64,000 nucleotides of DNA from Dehalococcoidia bacterium (GCA_046328255.1 JAXLWY010000003.1:64398-128397); one strand, 5' to 3'; positions 50,285 to 60,440 are shown, counted from the first letter of the stretch. Numbers and translations are program-made. Notes: generated by a model from the letters alone, not told the origin.

Positions 50285-51215
50285 GCTCCTGCCGGTCGCA
50301 TTCGCCGCGTCGTTGGCCCTGCTCCTGGCGTCGGCATGCGACGGCGGCCTCGCCGGCCTGACGGCGACGCCTACCCCGACCTCGAGCCGCTTGCGCATCG
50401 AGACTCCGGGGGCGTCACCGACGGCACGGCCGTCCTCCTCGCCGACTGCGGGCGCAACGTCCAGCCCCTCGGCGGGGCGCACCCCCACGTCGTCACCGAC
50501 GACCCCGCCCACCGCTCCCGAGGCGAAACGCGTGATCGTGCTGGGCGAGTCGGTTGCGCTGCGCCCCACCATCGAGGTCGAGGTCGGCGGCACCTCCTCC
50601 ACCCTGATCTTCGAGGGCATCGACAGAGACTCGCGCTGTCCCACCGACGTCGTCTGCGTGCAGGCGGGCAGCGTGACGGCCATCTTCGACAGCTGGGACG
50701 GGCGCACCACCCATCGAGGCGCGATCACGCTGCCCTCAGCCGGCGGCCTCCCGACGGTCACACTCGGCCCGATCGAGGTCATGCTCCTCAATGTCGAGCC
50801 CGCCCCAGAGGTGGGGAAAAAGACCGAACCCTTCGACTACCGTGCCGTTGTCAGGGTGACGCGTTCCGTGACCAGCAGCGCGCAGGGCGGCACCGCCGCG
50901 GCCGGCGCGATCACGGGCATCGATGGTGCGGTCACGCTCGGACCCACGTGCCCGGTCCAGAAGGCCGACTCCCCCTGCCCGGACCGTCCCTACGTCGCGA
51001 CCCTCGTGGTCAAGACGGCGCTCGGCCAGACCGTGACGACCATCCGTTCCGACGCCGCCGGGAAGTTCTCCCTCGATCTGCCCCCGGGTAAGTACGTGAT
51101 CGAGCCGCAGCTCGCGAACTCCGCGCGACTCCCCTTCGCCGCACCCCTCGATGTGAGCGTGCCTGCCGGCGGACGCGCCGCTGTGACCATCGCCTACGAC
51201 ACGGGCATCCGCTAG
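50274..51215 (+). CDS. Hypothetical lipoprotein with a Pro/Ser/Thr linker.
   Basis: Signal peptide with LLASAC lipobox. Low-complexity P/S/T stretch, then a globular Cys-containing domain. Confidence 0.6.
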   Translation: MPARLLPVAFAASLALLLASACDGGLAGLTATPTPTSSRLRIETPGASPTARPSSSPTAGATSSPSAGRTPTSSPTTPPTAPEAKRVIVLGESVALRPTIEVEVGGTSSTLIFEGIDRDSRCPTDVVCVQAGSVTAIFDSWDGRTTHRGAITLPSAGGLPTVTLGPIEVMLLNVEPAPEVGKKTEPFDYRAVVRVTRSVTSSAQGGTAAAGAITGIDGAVTLGPTCPVQKADSPCPDRPYVATLVVKTALGQTVTTIRSDAAGKFSLDLPPGKYVIEPQLANSARLPFAAPLDVSVPAGGRAAVTIAYDTGIR

Positions 51216-52018
51216 CGCGGCCAGCGCGCCCCGGCCTCGAGGAGCAGCGCGCGCAGCGGCTCGAAGATCGCGGGGTGGGCGGCGATCACGACCGCCGGAA
51301 GCTCGAGGGCGGACGCGACCCCCTCGAGGCTGCCGACGAGGCCGCCTGCCTCGCGCACGATCACCTCGCCTGCCCCCACGTCCCACAGGCCCCCGAGGTC
51401 CCACTCGTAGAAGCCATCGAGGCGTCCACACGCCACCCAGGCGAGGTCGAGCGAGGCGGCGCCGCGCCTGCGAATGTCCCGCACAGCAGGGAGCACGTGG
51501 CGCAACACCTCGGACTGCTGAGCGCGCGTGCCGGAGTCGTAGCTGAAGCCCGTGCCGATGAGCGACGAGGCCAGTCCCGAGGCGTCGCGCACTCGGATCG
51601 GCGCCCCGTCCAGCGTCGCACCGCCGCCGCGATGCGCGGCAAACGTCTCACCGAGGGCGACGTCGTGGATCACACCGACTGCGCGCTCGCCCTCGACCTC
51701 TGCCCCGATCGAGACGGCGTAGCCCGGCAGCCCGTACACGAAGTTGGTGGTGCCATCGATCGGATCGACAAGCCAGCGCACTCCCGAAGTGCCCTCGCGC
51801 GCCCCGCTCTCCTCGCCGAGCACCGCATCGTGTGGGCGCTCTGCCTGCAGCCGTTCGACGACGAGGCGCTCGACCTGTCGATCGAGGTCGGTCACGAGGT
51901 CGACTGCCGTGCGCTTGGTCTCGATCGCGCTCGGGCCGCCGGCGGCACGCAGCAGGTCGCCCGCCTCGAGGGCGACACGCGTGGCGAGGCGGCGGAGGGC
52001 GGCGAGGTCGTGGGGCAT
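51212..52018 (-). CDS. Inositol-monophosphatase-family phosphatase (SuhB/ImpA/HisN-like).
   Basis: Metal-binding motifs (WLVDPIDGT, ...GEESG). Start taken at the MPHDLAAL ATG. Confidence 0.7.
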   Translation of the reverse strand: MPHDLAALRRLATRVALEAGDLLRAAGGPSAIETKRTAVDLVTDLDRQVERLVVERLQAERPHDAVLGEESGAREGTSGVRWLVDPIDGTTNFVYGLPGYAVSIGAEVEGERAVGVIHDVALGETFAAHRGGGATLDGAPIRVRDASGLASSLIGTGFSYDSGTRAQQSEVLRHVLPAVRDIRRRGAASLDLAWVACGRLDGFYEWDLGGLWDVGAGEVIVREAGGLVGSLEGVASALELPAVVIAAHPAIFEPLRALLLEAGARWPR

Positions 52019-52117
52019 CGAGGGGAGCGTAGTCGATGTCCGGTTCGCGTATGCAGACACGCACAGAGGGCAGGCCATGCGGCCTGCCCTCTCGACTGAC
52101 CGAACCGTGGTGACTCG

Positions 52118-52615
52118 CTACTGCCCGAGGCGGAACGGATTGTGCGCGGGATGCAGGCCATCCTGTCCCAGGAAGATGTGGTCCGTGCTGATGAGCTCGT
52201 CGTTCAACTCGAGGCGGAACGTGACCAGGTTGCCGTCGCGGACCCTGAAGTTCACGCCATCGACGCCGTCGAAGCTGTGCACGTCGTAGCGCAGGGTGTG
52301 TCCGCTGTCCGAGATGCGAAACGCGTCACCGCGCTCGAACCGGACCGACTCCACATCGACGAACGTGCCGTCGGTGCGCAGCACCGCCGTGAAATGGTGC
52401 CGGGCGCTGGGTCCGTGCGTGCGCAGCGCGATGCCGCCATCGCCATCCCGACCGATGTAGTAGCCCGTGGGCGCGCCGTCGCGGTCGGCATCGGGGCTCA
52501 CGCCCTGGGCGGACTCGGGTGCGTCCGCCTGGCCGTCGTCGGCGCTGACCGGGACGAGCACGGTCGAGAGCAGCGCGAGGGCGCCCGCGAGGACCAGCAA
52601 TGACTTGCGGAACAT
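52118..52615 (-). CDS. Secreted hypothetical protein.
   Basis: Signal peptide MFRKSLLVLAGALALLSTVLVPVSA. AAGGAG ribosome-binding site 7 nt upstream. Confidence 0.6.
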   Translation of the reverse strand: MFRKSLLVLAGALALLSTVLVPVSADDGQADAPESAQGVSPDADRDGAPTGYYIGRDGDGGIALRTHGPSARHHFTAVLRTDGTFVDVESVRFERGDAFRISDSGHTLRYDVHSFDGVDGVNFRVRDGNLVTFRLELNDELISTDHIFLGQDGLHPAHNPFRLGQ

Positions 52616-52655
52616 CGGATTCTCCTTCGTTGGCAGCCGCGAGTGCTGTTGGGCC

Positions 52656-53183
52656 CTATGGCTTCGGCGTTGCCGACGGCGGAGGCCCCACGTAGACACG
52701 TCCTTCGACGGTGCCTGCGACCGTGTAGTCGATGCCCTGGCCCGTGATGTGAACCGTGACCTCGTCGGTCGCGCCGTCGAGGTCGAGCGTGAAGCGCACG
52801 CGAGTGCGCGTGCCGTCGGGCTTCACGAGTGGCCCGGCGCCCTCGGCGTGCACGTGCTGGCCGTTGATCTCGACCTTCCGCGATCCGCCGTTGTAGAAGC
52901 CGTCGTCCTCCGACCACAGGCGCAGGTGCCCGCGGCTGCCCGCGTCGCCTTCGCCCGCCTTGAAGTCGATGACCGTGGACTCGCCGCCCGTGACCTGGCC
53001 GAACGCGATTGCCACCTCGTTGGCCCGAGGATGCTTCGCGGGTCGCGCTGGTGCGGCCTTGCGCGCGCCCGCCGTCGGCGTGGCGGTCGGCGTCTGCGCC
53101 CCCACCGTCGAGGGCATCGCGATCGCCGCCGTAGTGAGAGCGAGTCCGCCGAGCGAAATCGCGAGGGCTGGGAGTCTCTGCAT
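52656..53183 (-). CDS. Secreted hypothetical protein.
   Basis: Signal peptide MQRLPALAISLGGLALTTAAIAMPSTVGA. AGGAG ribosome-binding site 8 nt upstream. Confidence 0.6.
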   Translation of the reverse strand: MQRLPALAISLGGLALTTAAIAMPSTVGAQTPTATPTAGARKAAPARPAKHPRANEVAIAFGQVTGGESTVIDFKAGEGDAGSRGHLRLWSEDDGFYNGGSRKVEINGQHVHAEGAGPLVKPDGTRTRVRFTLDLDGATDEVTVHITGQGIDYTVAGTVEGRVYVGPPPSATPKP

Positions 53184-53413
53184 ACGTTTTCTCCTGTTTC
53201 AGGTCGGGACCGCGTTCCCATGTCGGTGGCCCCGCGCGCCGGTGGTGTTCGAGATGTCGCCGCGCGCCCCCGAGGATGTACGGGCGGATCTGTCAGAACG
53301 TGACAGAACATTCCTACAGGTGCGGCCGTACGCTCCCCGCTCGCCACAACGACTTCCCGAGTGCGAAGGTGGCGTGGGAGGACGCGCGCTGCGGCTTCCT
53401 CGAAAGGGGTCCG

Positions 53414-53989
53414 GTGGGCGCTCCGGACGAAGCGGCGCAGTTCGCAGCCCTCATCCGACGCGCCCGCGGCTACGACCGCGACGCGTTCGGAGAGCTCTAT
53501 CGACGCTCGCTCGGGCCGGTCTACCGCTACTGCCGCTCCCGTGTGAGCAGCACCGCGGAGGCCGAGGAGCTGACGCAGGAAGTGTTCATGGCAGCACTGC
53601 AGAGCATCCAGAACGTCCGAGCGGAGCACGAGCCGGGATGGCTCGCGTGGCTGTTCCAGGTCGCGCGCTACAAGCACGCCGACGCACTCCGTCGTCGCTA
53701 CCGACGCCCCCAGGCGCCCCTCGAGGCGGCGGGCGACGCGCCGGATGACGCTGCGCCCCAGCCCCTCGAGGCCGTGCTTGCCGCGGACGATCGCGTCGAG
53801 GTGCGGCGCGCCATCGAGCAGCTCACCGACGATCAGCGCGAGGTCATCGTCTGCAAGTACGTGCTGGGCTACGACAACGCCCGTACCGCCGAGGTGGTGG
53901 GAAAGAACGTGAACGCGGTCAACCAGCTTCACCATCGCGCGGTCTCGAGCCTGAGGCGCCTGCTGGCAGCCGCGGAGTTCCAGCGATGA
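53414..53989 (+). CDS. ECF (sigma-70 family) RNA polymerase sigma factor.
   Basis: GTG start with AAAGGGG ribosome-binding site. Region 2 (...AFGELYRRSLGPVYRYC...) and region 4 (...LTDDQREVIVCKYVLGYDNARTAEVVG). The TGA overlaps the next ATG. Confidence 0.75.
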   Translation: MGAPDEAAQFAALIRRARGYDRDAFGELYRRSLGPVYRYCRSRVSSTAEAEELTQEVFMAALQSIQNVRAEHEPGWLAWLFQVARYKHADALRRRYRRPQAPLEAAGDAPDDAAPQPLEAVLAADDRVEVRRAIEQLTDDQREVIVCKYVLGYDNARTAEVVGKNVNAVNQLHHRAVSSLRRLLAAAEFQR

Positions 53990-54855
53990 CCCTCGACGGC
54001 CCGACTCCCCTCGTGGACGACGCGCGCGAGGCCCTCATCCTCGATGCGGTCGACGCCGTCGAGGCGCGCCTCGCCGCAGGATCGACGCGCGACGCGTCCC
54101 TCGAGGCTGTGCCCGCTGACCTTCGCGACGAGGTGTCCGCCACCCTTCGAGTGCTCGGACGCGTGAGCCGCCTCGGCGAGGGCCCGTCCGAGGGGTTCGG
54201 CCACCGCCTCGAAGCGAGCTTCCTCGAGGCCGTCGACCGCGCGCGGCGCGAGCAATCGCCCGGCCCCGCCTCGAGGAGCTGGTTCCGCTCGACGTTCCTG
54301 CGCGCGGCGGCGGCGCTCGGCGCCGTCGTGCTGGCGCTCGCAGGCAGCGGCTTCGCCGCCACCTACGCAGCTGATGACTCGATCCCGGGCGACACCCTCT
54401 ATCCGGTGAAGGAAGCGGGCGAGGCGGTCCAACTCTTCCTGGCCCGCGGGGACGCAGTCACCCGACTGCGCCTGGCCCAACTCGCGAAGCGGCAGCAGGA
54501 ACTCGAGGCAGCGCTCCGCCGCCAGGCTCCGCCTCGGGCGGTCGTCGCCCTCGAGATGCGCGTGGTCGCCACGACCCAGCAGCTTGTGGCCGTGTCGAAG
54601 CGAGCGCAGAACGGCGGCAACCCGGCGCCCGCGCTCGCCTCGCTCGAGGCGATGTCGAGGCTCCAGACGCGGATCGACGTGCTCCGCGCGAGCGAGACCC
54701 GGCCCGACGTGGCGCGCACGCTGACGCGGATGTCGGCGTACCTCGCGGGGAAGGAGCGCGAGCTCGAGGTGCTTGCGCCCGCCGCCCCCGCGGTCCCCAT
54801 CCCATCAGGCACGCCGCGAGGCGGGACCACAGCGACGCCGACACCGCGCTCCTGA
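53986..54855 (+). CDS. Putative membrane anti-sigma factor.
   Basis: 289 aa with one central transmembrane segment (LRAAAALGAVVLALAGSGFAA). Translationally coupled (ATGA) to the sigma factor gene. Confidence 0.55.
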   Translation: MTLDGPTPLVDDAREALILDAVDAVEARLAAGSTRDASLEAVPADLRDEVSATLRVLGRVSRLGEGPSEGFGHRLEASFLEAVDRARREQSPGPASRSWFRSTFLRAAAALGAVVLALAGSGFAATYAADDSIPGDTLYPVKEAGEAVQLFLARGDAVTRLRLAQLAKRQQELEAALRRQAPPRAVVALEMRVVATTQQLVAVSKRAQNGGNPAPALASLEAMSRLQTRIDVLRASETRPDVARTLTRMSAYLAGKERELEVLAPAAPAVPIPSGTPRGGTTATPTPRS

Positions 54856-54870
54856 AGACGCCCGAAGACG

Positions 54871-56184
54871 CTAGCCGGCCGCCTCGGCCTCCTGCTCGAG
54901 CGCCAGTCTCCGCCGCGTCTCGATCGGCTTCGGCAGGCGCAACGAGAGTCCGAAGAGCGCCAGGGCGAGCGAGAACGTCCCGATGAACACGAGCAGCGCG
55001 AGGTCATAAGAGCCGGTCGCGTCATAGATCGCACCCGTGAGGGTGGGGCTCGTGATCTGTCCCACCGTCTCGACCACGACAACGGCGCCGAGGATCGTCG
55101 CGAAGTGGGTGACGCCGAACGCGCGTGTCAGGACGAGCGCCTCCATCATCGGCCCACCTGCCGTGCCGACGATCCACAGCCCGACGAACAGCACGATCGC
55201 CGCCGGCGAGGTGCTGATCGAGAGCGTGATCATCGCCGCGATGAGCACCACCGCGAGGCCCATCACCACCACCTCGAAGCGGGCGGCACGGTCTGCGAGC
55301 AGCCCGGCGATCAGCCTCGTGACGATGCTCGCGCCCGCCGACAGCGACACGATGAGCGCGGCCGTCCCCCTCGAGACGCCCACCGACTCGTAGAACGGCA
55401 CCTGGTGCACCAGCCAGCCGAACATGCCGAAGAAGAAGCTCATGAACCCGCACGCGAGCACCCAGAAGACCGGCGAGCGCATCGCCTCGCGGACGGTGAG
55501 GCCCACCTCGGGAGGCGGAGCGGCCGCGGCATCCGTATGCGATTGGCCGTCGGCGAGCAGGCCCACTTCGGCGGGCGAATTGCGCACCACGAAGAGGCCG
55601 ACGGGCAGGAACACGAGCGCGATCGCGACGCCCGACACGAGGAACGACTGCCGCCACCCCAGCACGTCGATCGCGAGGCGCACGAACGGCACCACGACGA
55701 ACCCGCCGAGCGAGAAGCCCGTCCCGAGGATGCTCGTCGCGATTCCGCGCCGCCGGTCGAACCACCTCGAGATCAGCGCCATGAACGGGATGAAGAACAT
55801 CAACTGGCGCAGCACGGCGTTGATCGAGGAGTACACGTACCACTCCCAGAGCGTGCTCGTGGTGGCCAGCAGCAGATAGGACAGCGCCGTGAGCGTGGCG
55901 CCGACCAGGATCGCCGAGCGCGGACCGCGCACGTCGACCCAGCGTCCGATGAGTGGACCCGAGACGCCACTGACGAGCAGCGCCGCGGAGAAGCCGAGTG
56001 AGACCTCGGCCCGCGACCAGCCGAACTGCGACTCGAGGGGCTCGATGTAGAGCCCGAACGCCCAGAACGACACCCCGCTGCCGAGGGCCATCGCGGCCAC
56101 CGAGGCAGCCAGCAACCACCAGCCGTAGAAGACCGGTCGGCGGCCCGAGAGGACCTCGGCGGTGGCGGCCAGCGGAGCGAGCAC
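54871..56184 (-). CDS. MFS transporter.
   Basis: 437 aa, 12 transmembrane segments. Confidence 0.8.
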   Translation of the reverse strand: MLAPLAATAEVLSGRRPVFYGWWLLAASVAAMALGSGVSFWAFGLYIEPLESQFGWSRAEVSLGFSAALLVSGVSGPLIGRWVDVRGPRSAILVGATLTALSYLLLATTSTLWEWYVYSSINAVLRQLMFFIPFMALISRWFDRRRGIATSILGTGFSLGGFVVVPFVRLAIDVLGWRQSFLVSGVAIALVFLPVGLFVVRNSPAEVGLLADGQSHTDAAAAPPPEVGLTVREAMRSPVFWVLACGFMSFFFGMFGWLVHQVPFYESVGVSRGTAALIVSLSAGASIVTRLIAGLLADRAARFEVVVMGLAVVLIAAMITLSISTSPAAIVLFVGLWIVGTAGGPMMEALVLTRAFGVTHFATILGAVVVVETVGQITSPTLTGAIYDATGSYDLALLVFIGTFSLALALFGLSLRLPKPIETRRRLALEQEAEAAG

Positions 56185-56482
56185 AGGTCACCTCGTCGAG
56201 GGCTGCGACGGCGAAGTCCGAAGGTGGAGAAGATCTAATCTCGCGCGTGGTCACGCTGGCGTCCAGTGTGCGGCGGCCGAATCAGCCCGCGTTTGCCTCG
56301 AGGCAATCCGGCTCCGGGTCGTCCACGAAGCGCAGCCCGGTCGCCGCGCTCAGCCTGTGCAGTCGGGCGTTCCCGATTCGACGACCGCCACCCATCGGCT
56401 GCCGGTCGACCGAGAGCATCACCGGGGAGCGATGTTCGCGTCGAAGATCACCCGCTCGCGGCCCGGTGCCTGCTCGCCTGGC

Positions 56483-57307
56483 TCAGTCTCCGGTGTAGAT
56501 CGGCGGACGCCGCTCGAGGAAGGACCGACGCGACTCCTCGACGTCGTGGGGCGCGAGCCGCGAGAACTTCAGCCCCGAGCTCTCGTAGCGCACCGCCTCG
56601 TCCACGCCCGACGCCTCGACGTTGTGCTGCAGCACGCGCTTTGCGCTCCGCATCGCCACCGGCGGCCAGCCGGCGATCTGCCTCGCGACGCCGAGCGCCG
56701 TGTCGATGAGTTGCTCGGAGGCGACATAGCGGTTCACGAGGCCGAGCGCGAAGGCCTCCTCGCCTTCGACCATGCGACTCGTGAAAATCAGGTCTGCGGC
56801 GCGGGCATACCCCACGATGCGCGGCAGGAAGAAGCTCATGCCCGAGTCCGGCGACAGGCTGCGCTCGATGAAGGTGGTCTTCATCCGCGTCAGCTCCGAG
56901 CCGACCCGGATGTCGCAGGCCAGCGCCATGCTCATGCCGGCGCCCGTGGCGACGCCGTTGACCGCAGCCACGATCGGCTTCGGGAAGTGGTGGAAGGCGA
57001 GCGCCTGCCGGCCGACCCACCCGTACTCGTCGAGGCGCGCGGCGTGCGAGGTGGGCGCCGGCTCCGAGTTGGGGTCGACCAGCCGATCGGGACTCGTCAG
57101 GTCAGCGCCCGAGCAGAACCCGCGCCCCGCGCCGGTCACCACCACCGCGCGCACGCTGTCGTCGTCGGCCAGCGCCGCGAGGACCGCGCGCGAGTCGTCC
57201 TGCAGGCCTCTATTCAGGGCGTTCAGCTTCTCGGGCCGGTTCAGTGTCACGAGGGCCACGTGCCCCTCGAGGTGCTCCAGCGTGAGGAACTCGTACGCGC
57301 TCGACAT
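56483..57307 (-). CDS. Enoyl-CoA hydratase/isomerase (crotonase) family protein.
   Basis: 274 aa with the oxyanion-hole region (VVTGAGRGFCSGADL). Confidence 0.8.
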   Translation of the reverse strand: MSSAYEFLTLEHLEGHVALVTLNRPEKLNALNRGLQDDSRAVLAALADDDSVRAVVVTGAGRGFCSGADLTSPDRLVDPNSEPAPTSHAARLDEYGWVGRQALAFHHFPKPIVAAVNGVATGAGMSMALACDIRVGSELTRMKTTFIERSLSPDSGMSFFLPRIVGYARAADLIFTSRMVEGEEAFALGLVNRYVASEQLIDTALGVARQIAGWPPVAMRSAKRVLQHNVEASGVDEAVRYESSGLKFSRLAPHDVEESRRSFLERRPPIYTGD

Positions 57308-57343
57308 CGGATCTGTCCTCCACTCGCGAGGAGGGTAAGGCCC

Positions 57344-59176
57344 TCAGGGGGTCTTGCGCTGCGGCGCGTCCTTGTCGAGCCACATCGAGCTCAGGTTGTG
57401 GTTGGCGTAGCAGACCCACCCATCGAGGAGGCCGTGGGGGCGGTAGTTGAGCACCCAGTTGTGCCACGCCGACCGCAGGTGTGCCTCCGGCCACCAGAGG
57501 TCCCACACCTGCTCGTGGATCGTGGTCCAGATCTTCTGCCACGTTGCCTTGCGGCTCTCGAGGTTCGACTCGCGACGCTGCTGGTCGAGCAGCTTATCGA
57601 GGTCGTCGTTCCCCTTCGACCCGTAGTTCAGCCCGCCCTTCGAGTGGTACCAGGGGTAGAGCCACTGGTCGACGGAGTTGCCGGGCGGCCCCCAGACGAT
57701 CCCTGTCGTCTCCTGGAAGCTGCGGTCCGCGAGAGCCGCCACCTGCGTCGCCGAGTCGATCTGCTTGAGCTCGACCTTCACCTCCGGCAGTACGCCATTC
57801 AACGAGGGGATGATCTCGCCGGACGCTTCGCGGTCGTACCACGTCACGTGGCTCCAGCGCAGCGGCCGTTCCTTCGAGAAGCCCGCCGCCTGCATCAGGC
57901 GGCTCGCCTCCTTCGGGTCGTAGGCGTAGTAGCGGCCGTTGGCCTTGCCGGTGGGCGCGCCATCGAAGAGGAACGGCCAGGGCAGCGGGGCATTCGAGTA
58001 CGGCCCCTCCGGGTTGGCGTTGTCGCCCGCGTTGCGACTCTCGTCGATCTTCGTGCGGTCGATCGCCAGCGAGATCGCGCGGCGTACGCGCTCGTCGCGG
58101 AACGAGGGCGAGCGCATCTGGAACTGCCAGCCGTTGGTGTTCGAACCGCGCGACCGTGGACGCGTCCACATCACCATGTCGTTGACCCGCGATCCCATCG
58201 AGTCGGTGTCGGAGTCGTCGAGGGCGGTCCAGAAGGCGTATGTGTTGTCGGCAAAGCCCTTGGCCTGCGCGCTGAGGTCGTTCTGCACGTGCGCCACGTA
58301 GCGATCGATATACGGACGGCCGGTCTCGTAGTAGTCGGGATGCTTCCGGAAGACGGAGCGTTCCTGCTTCGTCCACTCTTCCTGGATGAACGGCCCCGAC
58401 CCGACGGCCTTCGTCTGGATCAGGTTGTCGTCCTCCACCAGCTCCTTGAGCCAGATGAAGCACCATGCCGCGAGGTCCGTGGGCAGGTCCACGCGCGGAC
58501 TCGCGAGGCGCACGCGCACCGTCGAGGCGTCAGGCGCGTCAATCGATGCGACCTCGGCGAACACGTCCTTCTGGGAGCCGCCCGCGCGATAGCGCTCGAG
58601 GGAAAGCCGCACGTCCTCAGACGTGAGATCGCGGCCGTTCGCGGGAGCGACGTTGTGCGTCTTCACGCCCTTCCGCAGGTGGAACGTGAACTCCAGGTTG
58701 TCCGGCGTCGCCTCCCAGCTCGAGGCGAGGTCTGGCTCGATCTCGGGCAGCACGGCGTTCGCGCCCGCACCCACCTTCACCCGCGTCAGCCGCGAGTTGG
58801 TGAGGTTCATCGTGTGCTGCACCGTGCATGAGAGCGTGCGGTTGATGTCCATCGTGGTGGGGTCGAGGTAGCGGTCGACCAGCGTGCCGCCGGGAATCGC
58901 GTTCGCGGATGGATTCGCCTCCGCGGCGGTGGGTGCCAGGATTCGCCGGTACGAGCCGGGCGTCAGCCGCACGTCGCCCGCCGCGACGCTCGGTGCCGGC
59001 TCCGGAGCCGCCGTGCGGGCCGCGCGCGCAGTCGCGCTCGCCGCGGGCTCCGGCGGCGGAGCGCTCGAGGAGCACCCGAGCAGGGCTGCGCCGGCCATCC
59101 CTGCGATGCTCGCGGCCCCGCCTCGGAGGGCTGCTCGCCGGGTGAGTCTGCGGCTCCAGTACCCACGCTCGGCCAA
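57344..59176 (-). CDS. ABC-transporter substrate-binding lipoprotein, family 5 (peptide/nickel, DppA/OppA-like); no cognate partners adjacent.
   Basis: Tat-like leader SRRLTRRAALRGGAASIAGMAGAALLGC with a lipobox. 610 aa. Confidence 0.8.
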   Translation of the reverse strand: MAERGYWSRRLTRRAALRGGAASIAGMAGAALLGCSSSAPPPEPAASATARAARTAAPEPAPSVAAGDVRLTPGSYRRILAPTAAEANPSANAIPGGTLVDRYLDPTTMDINRTLSCTVQHTMNLTNSRLTRVKVGAGANAVLPEIEPDLASSWEATPDNLEFTFHLRKGVKTHNVAPANGRDLTSEDVRLSLERYRAGGSQKDVFAEVASIDAPDASTVRVRLASPRVDLPTDLAAWCFIWLKELVEDDNLIQTKAVGSGPFIQEEWTKQERSVFRKHPDYYETGRPYIDRYVAHVQNDLSAQAKGFADNTYAFWTALDDSDTDSMGSRVNDMVMWTRPRSRGSNTNGWQFQMRSPSFRDERVRRAISLAIDRTKIDESRNAGDNANPEGPYSNAPLPWPFLFDGAPTGKANGRYYAYDPKEASRLMQAAGFSKERPLRWSHVTWYDREASGEIIPSLNGVLPEVKVELKQIDSATQVAALADRSFQETTGIVWGPPGNSVDQWLYPWYHSKGGLNYGSKGNDDLDKLLDQQRRESNLESRKATWQKIWTTIHEQVWDLWWPEAHLRSAWHNWVLNYRPHGLLDGWVCYANHNLSSMWLDKDAPQRKTP

Positions 59177-59278
59177 TCTCGCCTCCTGCCGGTCACCCCG
59201 CGACGCCGCGAGGAGTGCTCAAGCCAGTATCCGAGCGCCCCCTCGTGCGGTAAAGCCACGGTTCATAGACTCGGACGA

Positions 59279-59940
59279 ATGGATGCGCTGACCGTGCTCA
59301 TCGATGTCGACCACACCCTGCTCGATGGCGACGCCATCCGCGCGTGCATCTCCGACGCCATCACAGGCGTCGCCGGCGGTCGGCGGCCGGTCGGTTCTGG
59401 GAGCTGTACCCCGAGGTGCGCGAGGAGCTGGGGCGCGTGGACGTGCCCGCGACCGCCGCGCGCCTCGAGCGGGAGCTGGGTCTCGAGGCGGGCGTCGTGG
59501 GTAACGCGGTCCGGCGTGCACCATTCGCGTCGTGCCTCCACCCGGGCGCTCTCGAGGTGGTGGCGCACCTGGCGACGCTCGGGCGGACCGTCGTCCTCTC
59601 GGACGGTGAGACGACCTTCCAGCAGCTCAAGATCGAGGCGGCAGGCATCGAGGCGGCAGTCGAGGGACGCGTGATGATCACGCTGCACAAGGAGGACGAG
59701 CTGGACGAGGTGCGACGTCGGTTTCCCGCGCGGCACTACGCTCTCATCGATGACCGCGTGGGCATCCTTGCGCGGGTGAAGGCGCAGCTCGGGCCGCAGG
59801 TCACGACCGTGCTCGTGCGGCAGGGGCGCTACGCCGACGAGCTCGACGCCGCCGATGTCACTGCGCCCGACCTCGTCGTCACGCCACTCGCCGAGTTGCT
59901 CGAGTTCGACCGCTCGATGCTGATGCGCGGTGCTCGATGA
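59279..59940 (+). CDS. HAD-superfamily hydrolase, with one frameshift near 59385.
   Basis: The N-terminus MDALTVLIDVDHTLLDG (DxD motif) is in one frame. The remainder RFWELYPEVREELG...VVLSDGETTFQQLK...LIDDRVGIL is in the next. The break is in a G/C run. Confidence 0.6.
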
Positions 59941-60440
59941 CCGAGAACGCGATGGTCACACGCGTGGTCCGCGCGCTCGTCTCGCTCGTGCTCGGACTGA
60001 CGCTCGCGGCGTGCGGCCTGACCGAGGCGAGCCCTCCACCGACGGTGATGCCGACGCCCCTCGGGGGAGGCAATGCCGCCCCCGCCGGGCTGTTCGACTC
60101 CGGCCGCGCCGACAATGGCTGCGGCGACGTCTCGAGGGTGGCGGCCGTCCAGCGACCAGTTGTCGTCTCGTTCGGCGCGCAGGTCGGCGAGCACTTCCGT
60201 CCGCGATGCATCGTGGTCGAGGTCGGTACGCGCGTGGTGTTCCGCGGCGATCTCGAGCAGCACCCGCTCACCGGTGGCGCCGCCGTGGACGGCCAGATCT
60301 ACCGCGACCCCTCGAGCCCGATCCCGTACGTCGCAACGGGCACCGAGGCGGCGTTCGTGCCGCTCGCGTCCGGCATCTACCCTTTCGTCTGCCAGGTGCA
60401 CTGGGCGATCGGGATGACGGGCGCAATCGTCGTCCCGTGA
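59937..60440 (+). CDS. Cupredoxin-like (type-1 Cu) lipoprotein.
   Basis: LAAC lipobox. C-terminal YPFVCQVHWAIGM matches the Cys-x2-His-x4-Met Cu-ligand spacing, with an upstream His (EQHPL). Confidence 0.55.
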   Translation: MTENAMVTRVVRALVSLVLGLTLAACGLTEASPPPTVMPTPLGGGNAAPAGLFDSGRADNGCGDVSRVAAVQRPVVVSFGAQVGEHFRPRCIVVEVGTRVVFRGDLEQHPLTGGAAVDGQIYRDPSSPIPYVATGTEAAFVPLASGIYPFVCQVHWAIGMTGAIVVP

